From Deltaproteobacteria bacterium (GTDB lineage Bacteria > Desulfobacterota > Binatia > UBA12015): DNA of 64,000 nt. Shown here piece by piece: positions 55,770-64,000 of this stretch. The DNA lies in the NCBI GenBank assembly GCA_046583355.1, contig JAYGCM010000019.1, positions 8,381 through 72,380 of the forward strand, given 5' to 3'. Every line of letters begins with the position of its first letter. Position 1 is the first letter of the stretch. Under the pieces are notes generated by a model. The model made no database searches, was not told the DNA's origin, and saw nothing but the letters and a program-made list of their open reading frames with translations. The translations under genes were made by a program, and so were the position numbers.

Positions 55770-56924
55770 TCAGGCCTCCGGCAGGCCGAGGCCGCGGGCG
55801 ATCAGGACCTTCATGATCTCGTTGGTGCCGGCATAGATCGTCTGCACAGCGGCGTCGGCATAATCCTGCGAGATCGGATATTCCGCCATGAAACCGTAGC
55901 CACCGTGCAATTGCAGGCAATCCGAGGTGAGGCGCTTCTGCAGATCCGTCATCCACCATTTTGCCATGCTGACCTCGCTCTGAATCTTGTCGCCACGGAC
56001 ATGCGCGCGCAGGCATTTATCGACGAAGGCCTGGCCGATCTCAACCTGGGTGGCGAGCTCGGCCAGCTTGAATTGCGTCGCCTGGAACGAAGCCACGCTT
56101 TTACCGAACGCCTTGCGGCCCTTGGTATATTCGATCGTATCCTCAAGCGACCGGCGGCTGGAGGCAATCGAGGAAACCGCAATGGTCATCCTCTCCTGCT
56201 GGAGCTTGTTCATCAGCTGGTAGAAGCCGCGGCCCTCTTCGCCAAGCAGATTGGCGGCCGGAACCCGACAATCCGCGAAATGAAGTTCACTCGTATCCTG
56301 GCCCTTGAGGCCCAACTTCTTCAGGTTGCGGCCGCGCTCGAAGCCCGGCGTGCCTGCCTCGACGACAATCAGGCTGATGCCCTTATACGGCGGCGTAGCA
56401 GCCGGGTCGGTCTTCACGACGAGCACGACGAGATCGGCGAGTTGCCCGTTCGAGATAAAGGTCTTGGAGCCGTTGATGATATAATCGTCGCCATCGCGCA
56501 GCGCCGTAGTGCGGATGCTGGCAAGGTCCGAGCCCGTCCCCGGCTCGGTCATGCCGACAGCGAGAAGCGTCTCGCCCTGGACACAACCGGGGACCCAGCG
56601 TTGTTTTTGCTCCTCAGAGCCGAACTCAAGGAGATAAGGCAGGATCACGTCGCTATGCAGCGACATCATCATGGGATGCGCACGGATGCTCGCCATCTCT
56701 TCGATGAGAATCGCATCATAGAGAAAGTCGCCGCCAGAGCCGCCATAGGCCTCGGGGACCGCTGCGCCGAGGAAGCCGGCCGCTCCCACCGCACGCCAGC
56801 TCTCGCGGTCCGTGATGCCAGCTTCGTTCCAGCCCGCAATCTTCGGCGCGATCTCCTTGGCCGCAAAACGGCGGAAGGCCTCGCGGAAAATCTCATGGTC
56901 TTCGGTGAAAATCTCTCGATTCAT
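55770..56924 (-). CDS. Acyl-CoA dehydrogenase (long-chain type)
   Basis: MTEPGTGSDL, NGSKTFISNG, DTSEL, QLHGGYG, IYAGTNEIMK. Confidence 0.93.
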   Translation of the reverse strand: MNREIFTEDHEIFREAFRRFAAKEIAPKIAGWNEAGITDRESWRAVGAAGFLGAAVPEAYGGSGGDFLYDAILIEEMASIRAHPMMMSLHSDVILPYLLEFGSEEQKQRWVPGCVQGETLLAVGMTEPGTGSDLASIRTTALRDGDDYIINGSKTFISNGQLADLVVLVVKTDPAATPPYKGISLIVVEAGTPGFERGRNLKKLGLKGQDTSELHFADCRVPAANLLGEEGRGFYQLMNKLQQERMTIAVSSIASSRRSLEDTIEYTKGRKAFGKSVASFQATQFKLAELATQVEIGQAFVDKCLRAHVRGDKIQSEVSMAKWWMTDLQKRLTSDCLQLHGGYGFMAEYPISQDYADAAVQTIYAGTNEIMKVLIARGLGLPEA

Positions 56925-56994
56925 ACTTGCGATTCCCTGGTCTTGCGGGTTCGGGTTGGCGCTCGCCCCTTCGACCCGATAGCAGATCCGTCCC

Positions 56995-58452
56995 ATGTCT
57001 TCCGGTATCGACGAATTCATCAACGAAACCTTCGCGCCCTTCGCAGACGCCCTGAACGCCGTCATTTTCTACAGCGTGAACCTGAACGGTGGCGAATTCC
57101 CTCTGATCGTCGGCTGGCTGATGGTTGGCGCTGCCTTCTTCACGCTCTACCTGGGCTTCATCAGCATCCGCGGGTTTCCGCATGCATTGCGGCTGGTCCG
57201 CGGCGACTATCTGGACCCCAACGCACCCGGCGAGGTCACGCCCTTTCAGGCTCTCTCCACCGCCATCTCCGGTACCGTCGGCGTGGGCAATATCGCGCAC
57301 GTTGCCATCTGCATCTCGGTCGGCGGTCCCGGCGCAGCCTTCTGGCTGGTCGTGGCCGGCTTCCTTGGCATGTCCTCGAAGTTCGCCGAATGCACCCTCG
57401 GCGTAAAATACCGCGTCCAGAACCCCGACGGCTCAGTCAGCGGTGGGCCGATGTTCTATCTCGACCGCGGCCTCAAAGAACGCGGCCTGCCGCGCCTCGG
57501 CAAGGCCATGGCTTGGTATTACGCCGTCTGCATCATCATCGGCTCGCTCGGCATCGGCTGTATGTTCCAGTCCAACCAGGCCTATGTGCAGCTCGCCAAC
57601 GTCACGGGCGGCGCGGAAGGCCCGCTCGGGGACAAAGGCTGGCTGGTCGGCATCATCCTCGCGGCGATTGTATTTTCAGTGATTGTCGGAGGGATCAAAA
57701 GCATCGCGAAGGTAGCCGAGAAAATCGTGCCCTTCATGGCATTGACCTATATCGGAACCGGACTCTTCGTGATCTTCGCCAATATCGACAAAGTACCCAT
57801 GGCATTGCAGATGATGGTCACCGGCGCCTTCTCCCCCGAGGGCGTGGCGGGCGGCATGCTGGGCGTGATGGCACTCGGTTTCAAACGCGCGGCCTTCTCC
57901 AATGAGGCCGGCATCGGCTCTGCCTCCATCGCGCATGCAGCCGTGCGAACGAACCATCCCGCCACGGAAGGATTCGTCTCCCTGCTCGAGCCCTTCATCG
58001 ATACGATCATTGTCTGCTCGATCACCTCGCTGGTCATCACCTGCACGGTATACGACCCCTCCTTCGAGCTCGGCAGCATCACCGGCGTGGAACTCACCTC
58101 GGCCGCCTTCGCCAGCGTGATTCCCTGGTTCCCCTACGTACTGGCGCTGGTCGTCTTCCTCTTCGCCTTCTCCACCATGGTCGCCTGGTCCTATTACGGC
58201 CTGGAAGGCTGGATCTACATCTTCGGATGCAGCACCGCCTCGAAGCTCATCTTCAACACGGCCTTCTGCGTCTTCGTAGCACTGGGCTGCATGACCCAAC
58301 TCGACGCGATCCTCGACTTCTCCGACGGCATGATCTTCGCGATGGCCCTGGCCAATATCCTCGGCCTCTACCTGCTCGCGCCCGTCGTCAAAGCCGAAAT
58401 GAACGACTACCTGCAAAAACTCCGCGACGGCGAACTCCGCTCATTCCGCTAA
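56995..58452 (+). CDS. Alanine/glycine:cation symporter (AgcS/AlsT family)
   Basis: FQAL..GTVGVGNIA, GGPGA.FW, GGPM.Y, FSNEAG.GS, FIDT. Confidence 0.92.
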   Translation: MSSGIDEFINETFAPFADALNAVIFYSVNLNGGEFPLIVGWLMVGAAFFTLYLGFISIRGFPHALRLVRGDYLDPNAPGEVTPFQALSTAISGTVGVGNIAHVAICISVGGPGAAFWLVVAGFLGMSSKFAECTLGVKYRVQNPDGSVSGGPMFYLDRGLKERGLPRLGKAMAWYYAVCIIIGSLGIGCMFQSNQAYVQLANVTGGAEGPLGDKGWLVGIILAAIVFSVIVGGIKSIAKVAEKIVPFMALTYIGTGLFVIFANIDKVPMALQMMVTGAFSPEGVAGGMLGVMALGFKRAAFSNEAGIGSASIAHAAVRTNHPATEGFVSLLEPFIDTIIVCSITSLVITCTVYDPSFELGSITGVELTSAAFASVIPWFPYVLALVVFLFAFSTMVAWSYYGLEGWIYIFGCSTASKLIFNTAFCVFVALGCMTQLDAILDFSDGMIFAMALANILGLYLLAPVVKAEMNDYLQKLRDGELRSFR

Positions 58453-58453
58453 C

Positions 58454-58492
58454 CGTCCCCTTCAGGGGACGTGTACCTTTTTCTGTCCCCTT
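58454..58492. repeat. GGGGAC/GTCCCC palindromic element (REP-like or terminator) between convergent genes
   Basis: CGTCCCC-TTCA-GGGGACG then TGTACCTTTTTCTGTCCCC. Confidence 0.5.
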
Positions 58493-58498
58493 CTTAGG

Positions 58499-59878
58499 TC
58501 AGCATTTCAGGGCGCCTTTGGCCGGGGCCTTGGTCGCGGCCGCGCCGCCGCCAAGTTTGGCGATGGCCCATGCCATATCCTCGAGGAGTTGGGAGGCGAG
58601 GTCGTGGCTGAGGCCTTCGCGGATCACGATCCGGAGCACGGCCATATCCTCTACATCCACGGGCATCGTATAGGCGGGAACCAGCCAGCCGCGCTCGCGC
58701 AATTTGTCCGAGAGGTCGAAGACAGAGAGCGAGGCCTCGTCTTTCGAGCAGAAGGCGAAAACCGGCAGGTCGCGTCCGTCGCTGAGAAGCTCGAAGGGAC
58801 CCATCGCGGCAATCGCCGTGGATAGATAGACGGCTACGTCCTGCGAGACCTGCTGCACCTGCCTATATCCTTCGCGGCCGAGGCGAAGGAAATTATAATA
58901 TTGCGCCACCACCTGTGTAGCGGGCTTGGAGAAGTTGAGCGTGAAGGTCGGCATATCGCCGCCCAGATAGTTCACATGGAAGACCAAGTCTTCGGGCAAT
59001 TCGGCCTTGTCGCGCCATAGCACCCAGCCGACGCCCGGATAGACGAGGCCGTATTTATGGCCGGAGACGTTGATCGACTTCACCAGAGGCAGGCGGAAAT
59101 CCCATTCGAGATCCGGCTGAAGGAAGGGAGCGATGAAGCCGCCACTGGCCGCGTCGATATGCATCGGCACCTCGACGCCCGTGCGGTCGCGATGCTCGAC
59201 GAGGGCATCATGTACTTCCCGAATCGGCTCGTAGGCTCCGGTATAGGTCACACCAAGGATACCCACTACGCCGATGGTATTCTCATCGACGAGTTTCATG
59301 ACCTCTTCGGCGTTGATCGTGTAGCGGCCGGGCGCCATCTTCACGTAGCGCGGCTCCACTTCCCAGTAACGACAAAACTTTTCCCAAACCACCTGGACGT
59401 TATTGCCCATGATGAGGTTCGGCTTCTCCGTGCTCTTGCCGGCCGCCCGCATGCGGTCGCGCCAATTCCATTTGAACGCCATGCCGGCCAGCATCACGGC
59501 TTCGCTCGAGCCAACGGCCGAGGCGCCCACGCCGGTCTCGGGCGCGTGAAAGAGGTTCGAAAGGATATTGACGCAACGCTCTTCGATCTTGGCCGCGGCC
59601 GGATACTCGTCTTTGTCGATGAGATTCTTGTCGAGAGTCTCTGCCATGAGTTTTTCGGCAGTCGGCTCCATCCAGGTCGTGACGAAAGTAGCCAGATTCA
59701 GGCGCGCCGAGCCGTCGAGCATCAGCTCGTCGTGAATCAGATTGTACGCAGAATCGGCCGCCATGCCCTTGTCCGGCAAATTGAATTTCGGCACATCGAC
59801 GCTCAACTCGCGACGCGCATAGGTTGTCCGCAGCTGCGAATCCTCGGCATCTGTGTCCGGACGTACTCGAAAAACCAT
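58499..59878 (-). CDS. gadB: Glutamate decarboxylase (PLP-dependent)
   Basis: LNLATFVTTW, IDKDEYP, GSSEA, HIDAASGG, SGHKYG. Confidence 0.92.
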   Translation of the reverse strand: MVFRVRPDTDAEDSQLRTTYARRELSVDVPKFNLPDKGMAADSAYNLIHDELMLDGSARLNLATFVTTWMEPTAEKLMAETLDKNLIDKDEYPAAAKIEERCVNILSNLFHAPETGVGASAVGSSEAVMLAGMAFKWNWRDRMRAAGKSTEKPNLIMGNNVQVVWEKFCRYWEVEPRYVKMAPGRYTINAEEVMKLVDENTIGVVGILGVTYTGAYEPIREVHDALVEHRDRTGVEVPMHIDAASGGFIAPFLQPDLEWDFRLPLVKSINVSGHKYGLVYPGVGWVLWRDKAELPEDLVFHVNYLGGDMPTFTLNFSKPATQVVAQYYNFLRLGREGYRQVQQVSQDVAVYLSTAIAAMGPFELLSDGRDLPVFAFCSKDEASLSVFDLSDKLRERGWLVPAYTMPVDVEDMAVLRIVIREGLSHDLASQLLEDMAWAIAKLGGGAAATKAPAKGALKC

Positions 59879-59941
59879 TCGTCTTTCCTATTCGTTCAAG
59901 CCTATTCGTTCAAGCGGCCGGCGGGATCATCGCCGAAACCT

Positions 59942-62005
59942 TCACTCTTCCATCGCCTTGAGTTGCACGGGAAGCGGCAATGCGAAGGAGTCGGGCCGCC
60001 CTCTTACCCAGGCTTCGATCGAGCGAATTTCGTCGTCGCTGAGGATCCCCTCAAAGCCCGGCATGCCGGCACCCCGCATCCCTTTCTTCACGATATCGAA
60101 AAGAGCCGTCTTCATATCAGGCGAAGAATGCCGCAAATCCGGTACCGGCCCGCTACCGATCGCACCGACACCGTGGCAGCGGGCGCACCATTGCAGATAC
60201 AAATCCTGGCCTGCCGCATCGGATTTCGGTCGCCCGGCCAGCATCGCTTCGACGAAGGCAGGAGTGATCGGAAGATCAAAGAGAGCGAAGGTCACCACCT
60301 TGCCGCCGTCGCCACCACCGCCCTGCTTCGCGGTCTCGCCACCGACGAGCGCGAACGCCCCTCCCCAGCCCGCCACGATGGTCACATATTGTACGCCGTC
60401 CACTTCATAAGTGATGGGCGCAGCGATCACGCCCTCGCCGAGATGATACTCCCAGAGCTTGAGTCCGGTGGTGGCATTCAAGGCGAGGAAGCGACCATCG
60501 GCGGTACCCTGAAAGACCAGGTTGCCAGCCGTCGTCAGCGTGCCACCATTCCAGGGCATCGCGTAGGGATGGCTCCAAGCGGCCTCTTGCTTGATCGGAT
60601 CCCATGCCAGCAGACTGCCGCCCACGACCTCGCGCATCACCGTCGCGAAGACCTTATTGTCCGAGCCCGTGTTGAAATGCTCGCTGGAATAGCGAGGGCG
60701 GCGTTCGGGAACAAAGGCGCCAAGGATTTCCTGCGCCGGAATATAGACCAGGCCGGTCTGCGGGTTGAAGGACATCGACTGCCAATTATGCCCACCGAAG
60801 GGCGAGGGTTTCACCAGCGCGAGCTTGTCTTTCCATTCCGCAGAGCCGTTCTGGATCGGGCGGCCCTTCTCGTCTACGCCGTCCGCCCAGGTCACCTCGA
60901 CGTAGTTATTTGCCGAAATGAACTCGCCGGTCGCACGGTCGAGCACCCAGAAAAAGCCGTTCTTCGGCGCCTGCATGATGACCTTGCGGTCCTTCCCGCC
61001 GATCTTGAGGTCGGCGAGAATCATTTGCTGGGTTGACGTGAAGTCCCACGTATCACCCGGCGTTGTCTGGAAATGCCATTTCAGCTCGCCGGTATCGGGG
61101 TCGAGTGCGAGCATCGAGGACAAATAAAGATTATCGCCGCCGTCAGGAGAGCGCTCGTATTTCGACCAGGGCGAACCATTGCCGGTGCCGATATAAAGAA
61201 GGTTCAGTTCTGGATCGTAAGCCATGGAATCCCAGACCGTGCCGCCGCCGCCGAGCTTCCACCATTCCCCCGTCCAGGTTTTGGCCGCCTCGGCCATCGC
61301 CTCAGACTCGAAACCCTCGGCCGGGTTGCCCGGCACCGTGAAAGTCTGCCAGGCACGCTTGCCGGTCTGCGCGTCGTAGGCCGCAACAAAGCCGCGCACG
61401 CCGATCTCGGCACCACCGTTACCGATGATCACACGCCCCTTGACGACTCGCGGCGCGCCCGTGATCGTATAGGCCTTGTTCGGGTTGGTCGTCTGAACCG
61501 ACCATACGGGTTTGCCGGTTTTCGCATCCAGCGCAATCAGCCGACCGTCAAGCGTGCCGACATAGACCTTGCCGTCATAGAGCGCGACGCCGCGGTTCAC
61601 CACATCGCAGCAGGCCTTGATCGCGACCTCCTTGGGCACCTCGGGGTCGAAGCGCCAAAGCTCTTCACCATTGCTCGCATCAAGCGCAAATACGACGCTC
61701 CAGGACCCGGTGGCATACATCACGCCATCGGCGACAATCGGCGTCGCCTCATGGCCCCGATCCAGCCGCGTATCGTATTCCCAAACACGCACCAGGCCAC
61801 GCACGGTGTCCTGGTTGAGCTGCTCCAGTGGGCTATAGCGCTGCTCGGCATAATCTCGCCCATGCGTGAGCCAATTGCCCTTGTCGGCCGCGGCACCGCG
61901 CAGGCGAGCGTCGTCAACCGGCGCTGCCGCAGCAGCCGGAAGCCCCCCCAGCAGCCCGATCATCAGGAAGAGTGCGGCAAAAAGAAAGCTGCAAATCGAT
62001 TTCAT
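59942..62005 (-). CDS. PQQ-dependent quinohemoprotein alcohol dehydrogenase (type II)
   Basis: Signal peptide; [26 protein letters not shown]-terminal heme c CARCH. Confidence 0.9.
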   Translation of the reverse strand: MKSICSFLFAALFLMIGLLGGLPAAAAAPVDDARLRGAAADKGNWLTHGRDYAEQRYSPLEQLNQDTVRGLVRVWEYDTRLDRGHEATPIVADGVMYATGSWSVVFALDASNGEELWRFDPEVPKEVAIKACCDVVNRGVALYDGKVYVGTLDGRLIALDAKTGKPVWSVQTTNPNKAYTITGAPRVVKGRVIIGNGGAEIGVRGFVAAYDAQTGKRAWQTFTVPGNPAEGFESEAMAEAAKTWTGEWWKLGGGGTVWDSMAYDPELNLLYIGTGNGSPWSKYERSPDGGDNLYLSSMLALDPDTGELKWHFQTTPGDTWDFTSTQQMILADLKIGGKDRKVIMQAPKNGFFWVLDRATGEFISANNYVEVTWADGVDEKGRPIQNGSAEWKDKLALVKPSPFGGHNWQSMSFNPQTGLVYIPAQEILGAFVPERRPRYSSEHFNTGSDNKVFATVMREVVGGSLLAWDPIKQEAAWSHPYAMPWNGGTLTTAGNLVFQGTADGRFLALNATTGLKLWEYHLGEGVIAAPITYEVDGVQYVTIVAGWGGAFALVGGETAKQGGGGDGGKVVTFALFDLPITPAFVEAMLAGRPKSDAAGQDLYLQWCARCHGVGAIGSGPVPDLRHSSPDMKTALFDIVKKGMRGAGMPGFEGILSDDEIRSIEAWVRGRPDSFALPLPVQLKAMEE

Positions 62006-62070
62006 CCAAAAGGATGTACGAAATCCAAGCGAAAAAGACCAATGCGGGAAAAAGCCCGCCGGCAAGCCGG

Positions 62071-63999
62071 TCAGGAGGCCGCGGGGCTACAGCGCACGAC
62101 CAAATCGTCGACGTCGCGGCGGCCATCAGCAGAACGCGTAATCATCTTCAGTCGGGTGCGGCTTTTGCGATACACCCCGGCCGATCTCTCCCGCAGCGGA
62201 AGCGTCACGCGCGTGGCACTGGTGCAACGCCCAGGCGTGAGATTCACGAACGGCGAGTCCTCATGCGGCAGCAGCGAAGCAAGACCATTGCCGAGCAGCG
62301 CCTCGGCCCCCTCGCGCATGGCACGATCCGCTCTGCCGGGCGCCGCCCGGCGCGGGCTCTGGATGACGATCGAGGTAAGGTCCGGGGCCGAACAGATGAA
62401 ATTCCGCGGATCGCGCGTCGCCGGACAAAGGCGCAGATCGATGCTGCAAGAGGTCAGATCCAACGGGTCGGCGTCGCATTCGGGATCACCCGCCCTACAC
62501 CGGATTCTCGACCCCGGACCACCGCGGCGCCCCTTGGGCGGAGGCGGCGTCACATGCATCTCGAGCAGGCATTCCATCGGCGAACGAATGCGGCCGCCCA
62601 ACACGCAAGGATTGGCGTCGCCCGGTTGCGAGCAATCCTCTACCGTCGCGCCCGGGTAGCGCGCAAAATAATGACCATCCACCGGGATATCCTCGACTAC
62701 CGTGGTCGTGCCATTGGGCCAGATGATCTCAAGCGTATCGACTATTTCGGCCGCGCCAAGACCGAAATGGGCCTCGACCGCGGACGCACTCACAAAACCA
62801 CTGCCATTGCGCAATTCACGCATCTGCGTCGTTCCGCCGGTGCTCACCCGCACGCGGGCACCAATGCCCTCGCGGTTCGCGCCCTCGCCGATCAACCGCA
62901 ACACCAGAAAGTGGGCCCCGTCCGTCAGATCGTTGCGGTAGAGAACGGACTCGTCGGCCACGTTCTGGTTGAAGATATCGAGATCACCGTCACGGTCGAG
63001 ATCAAAAAATACCGTGCCGCGACCCATCCGGGAGTCGGCCACACCAAGCGAGACGCCGCGCTCCAGGAAACTCCCGTCGCCCTCGGAGACCCAGAGCTTG
63101 GCCGGGTCGGCGATGAAATATTCCCAGCCGGGGCCATCTTCGATCTGGCCCATGCCGTTCACCATATAAAGATCGAGCCAGCCGTCGAGGTTCAAATCGC
63201 CGAACGATGCCCCCCAGCCCCAATCCCCGTCGCGGACACCCGCCGTGTCGGTCACGTCGACGAAGGTTCCGTCGCCCTGATTCTGGTAGAGACGATTGCC
63301 GGAATCGCCCACAGCGTCATTATCTTCCTGGATCCCTAGGGGGTCCGAGATACTCGTGACAAACCAATCGAGGTCGCCGTCGTTGTCGTAGTCGCCGACC
63401 GCAGCGCCCATGCCGTTTTCGTCGTCGATCACCGGCGATGTCGTCTCGGTGAAGGTGCCGTCGCCGTCATTCAGGAAGATCTGGCTGGTACCGAAATCAT
63501 TCGCCAGCAGCAGGTCAGGCCAGCCGTCGGAGTTGATATCGGCGAAGTTCGGCGTGAAGGTCCAATCCAGTCCCGACATCTGGGGGTGGAAGCGATAGCC
63601 GAAGCCTGCCTCGGCCGTGATATCCGTAAATACAAAATTACCCTCGTTGCGCCAAAGCATCTCAGCCGGCGGCTCGATGCCGAAACTGCCCCAATGCGTG
63701 ACGAAGAGGTCGAGGTCGCCGTCGCGATCGATATCCGCGAGTGCCGCAGAAAACGAGGTCGCGCGCGTGAAATGCAAGCCCGTCGCGCTGGTTCGGTTCG
63801 CGAAACGACCATTGCCCTGATTCTGAAAAAGTCGGAGAGGCAGACCATCGCCGCCGGCGACGTTCGCCAGCACGAGGAGGTCGAGCCAGCCGTCGCCATC
63901 AATATCGGCAAAGATCGGCCCGGAGGAGTCCACCCCCGCGAGGTCGACACGCGCGGCGGCCGCCACATCTTCAAAGGTTCCATCTCCGCGGTTGCGGAA
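62071..63999 (-). CDS. CRTAC1-like FG-GAP/VCBS repeat protein with ASPIC/UnbV domain and Cys-rich C-terminal domain, 5'-truncated
   Basis: Repeated DxDxDGx[25 protein letters not shown]; frame open to window edge. Confidence 0.88.
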   Translation of the reverse strand, partial: FRNRGDGTFEDVAAAARVDLAGVDSSGPIFADIDGDGWLDLLVLANVAGGDGLPLRLFQNQGNGRFANRTSATGLHFTRATSFSAALADIDRDGDLDLFVTHWGSFGIEPPAEMLWRNEGNFVFTDITAEAGFGYRFHPQMSGLDWTFTPNFADINSDGWPDLLLANDFGTSQIFLNDGDGTFTETTSPVIDDENGMGAAVGDYDNDGDLDWFVTSISDPLGIQEDNDAVGDSGNRLYQNQGDGTFVDVTDTAGVRDGDWGWGASFGDLNLDGWLDLYMVNGMGQIEDGPGWEYFIADPAKLWVSEGDGSFLERGVSLGVADSRMGRGTVFFDLDRDGDLDIFNQNVADESVLYRNDLTDGAHFLVLRLIGEGANREGIGARVRVSTGGTTQMRELRNGSGFVSASAVEAHFGLGAAEIVDTLEIIWPNGTTTVVEDIPVDGHYFARYPGATVEDCSQPGDANPCVLGGRIRSPMECLLEMHVTPPPPKGRRGGPGSRIRCRAGDPECDADPLDLTSCSIDLRLCPATRDPRNFICSAPDLTSIVIQSPRRAAPGRADRAMREGAEALLGNGLASLLPHEDSPFVNLTPGRCTSATRVTLPLRERSAGVYRKSRTRLKMITRSADGRRDVDDLVVRCSPAAS

Positions 64000-64000
64000 A

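Noticed and set aside
59942..62005. Lanthanide-dependent or methanol dehydrogenase (xoxF/mxaF)
   Set aside because: Active-site segment reads WDFTS, lacking the extra Asp (D-x-D) of lanthanide enzymes, and a heme c domain is fused, indicating a type II quinohemoprotein ADH

Overview
GC-rich bacterial chromosomal window, densely coding, with about 50 CDSs. I found no rRNA, tRNA, CRISPR array, integrase or transposase. The gene mix (Cys-rich secreted multidomain proteins, sulfotransferase/DUF1214/SDR cluster, TonB receptor, fatty-acyl-CoA enzymes, sigma-54 signalling) suggests a diderm delta-proteobacteria-like lineage, possibly Candidatus Binatia; this is inference only. Housekeeping genes include uvrA, pgeF, mutY, thyA-folA, lipA, a glutamate decarboxylase and a PQQ quinohemoprotein dehydrogenase. 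Most notable: (1) a three-gene operon of secreted Cys-rich proteins (7433-13880), including a protein with an apparently full-length two-domain BPI/LBP (TULIP lipid-binding) region and a protein with 15 disintegrin-like repeats; (2) one unnamed ~160-aa C-terminal domain ending in 'C...L.CR' shared by two unrelated secreted proteins 41 kb apart, a candidate sorting/anchoring domain; (3) a sigma-54 Psp-like operon (2TM histidine kinase, NtrC-type regulator, PspA) with a perfect -24/-12 promoter and a candidate enhancer; (4) a toxin-antitoxin/defence-like pocket with leaderless promoters and a perfect palindromic operator; (5) a dispersed ~29-bp intergenic repeat. All family calls come from motif recognition by eye; no searches were run.
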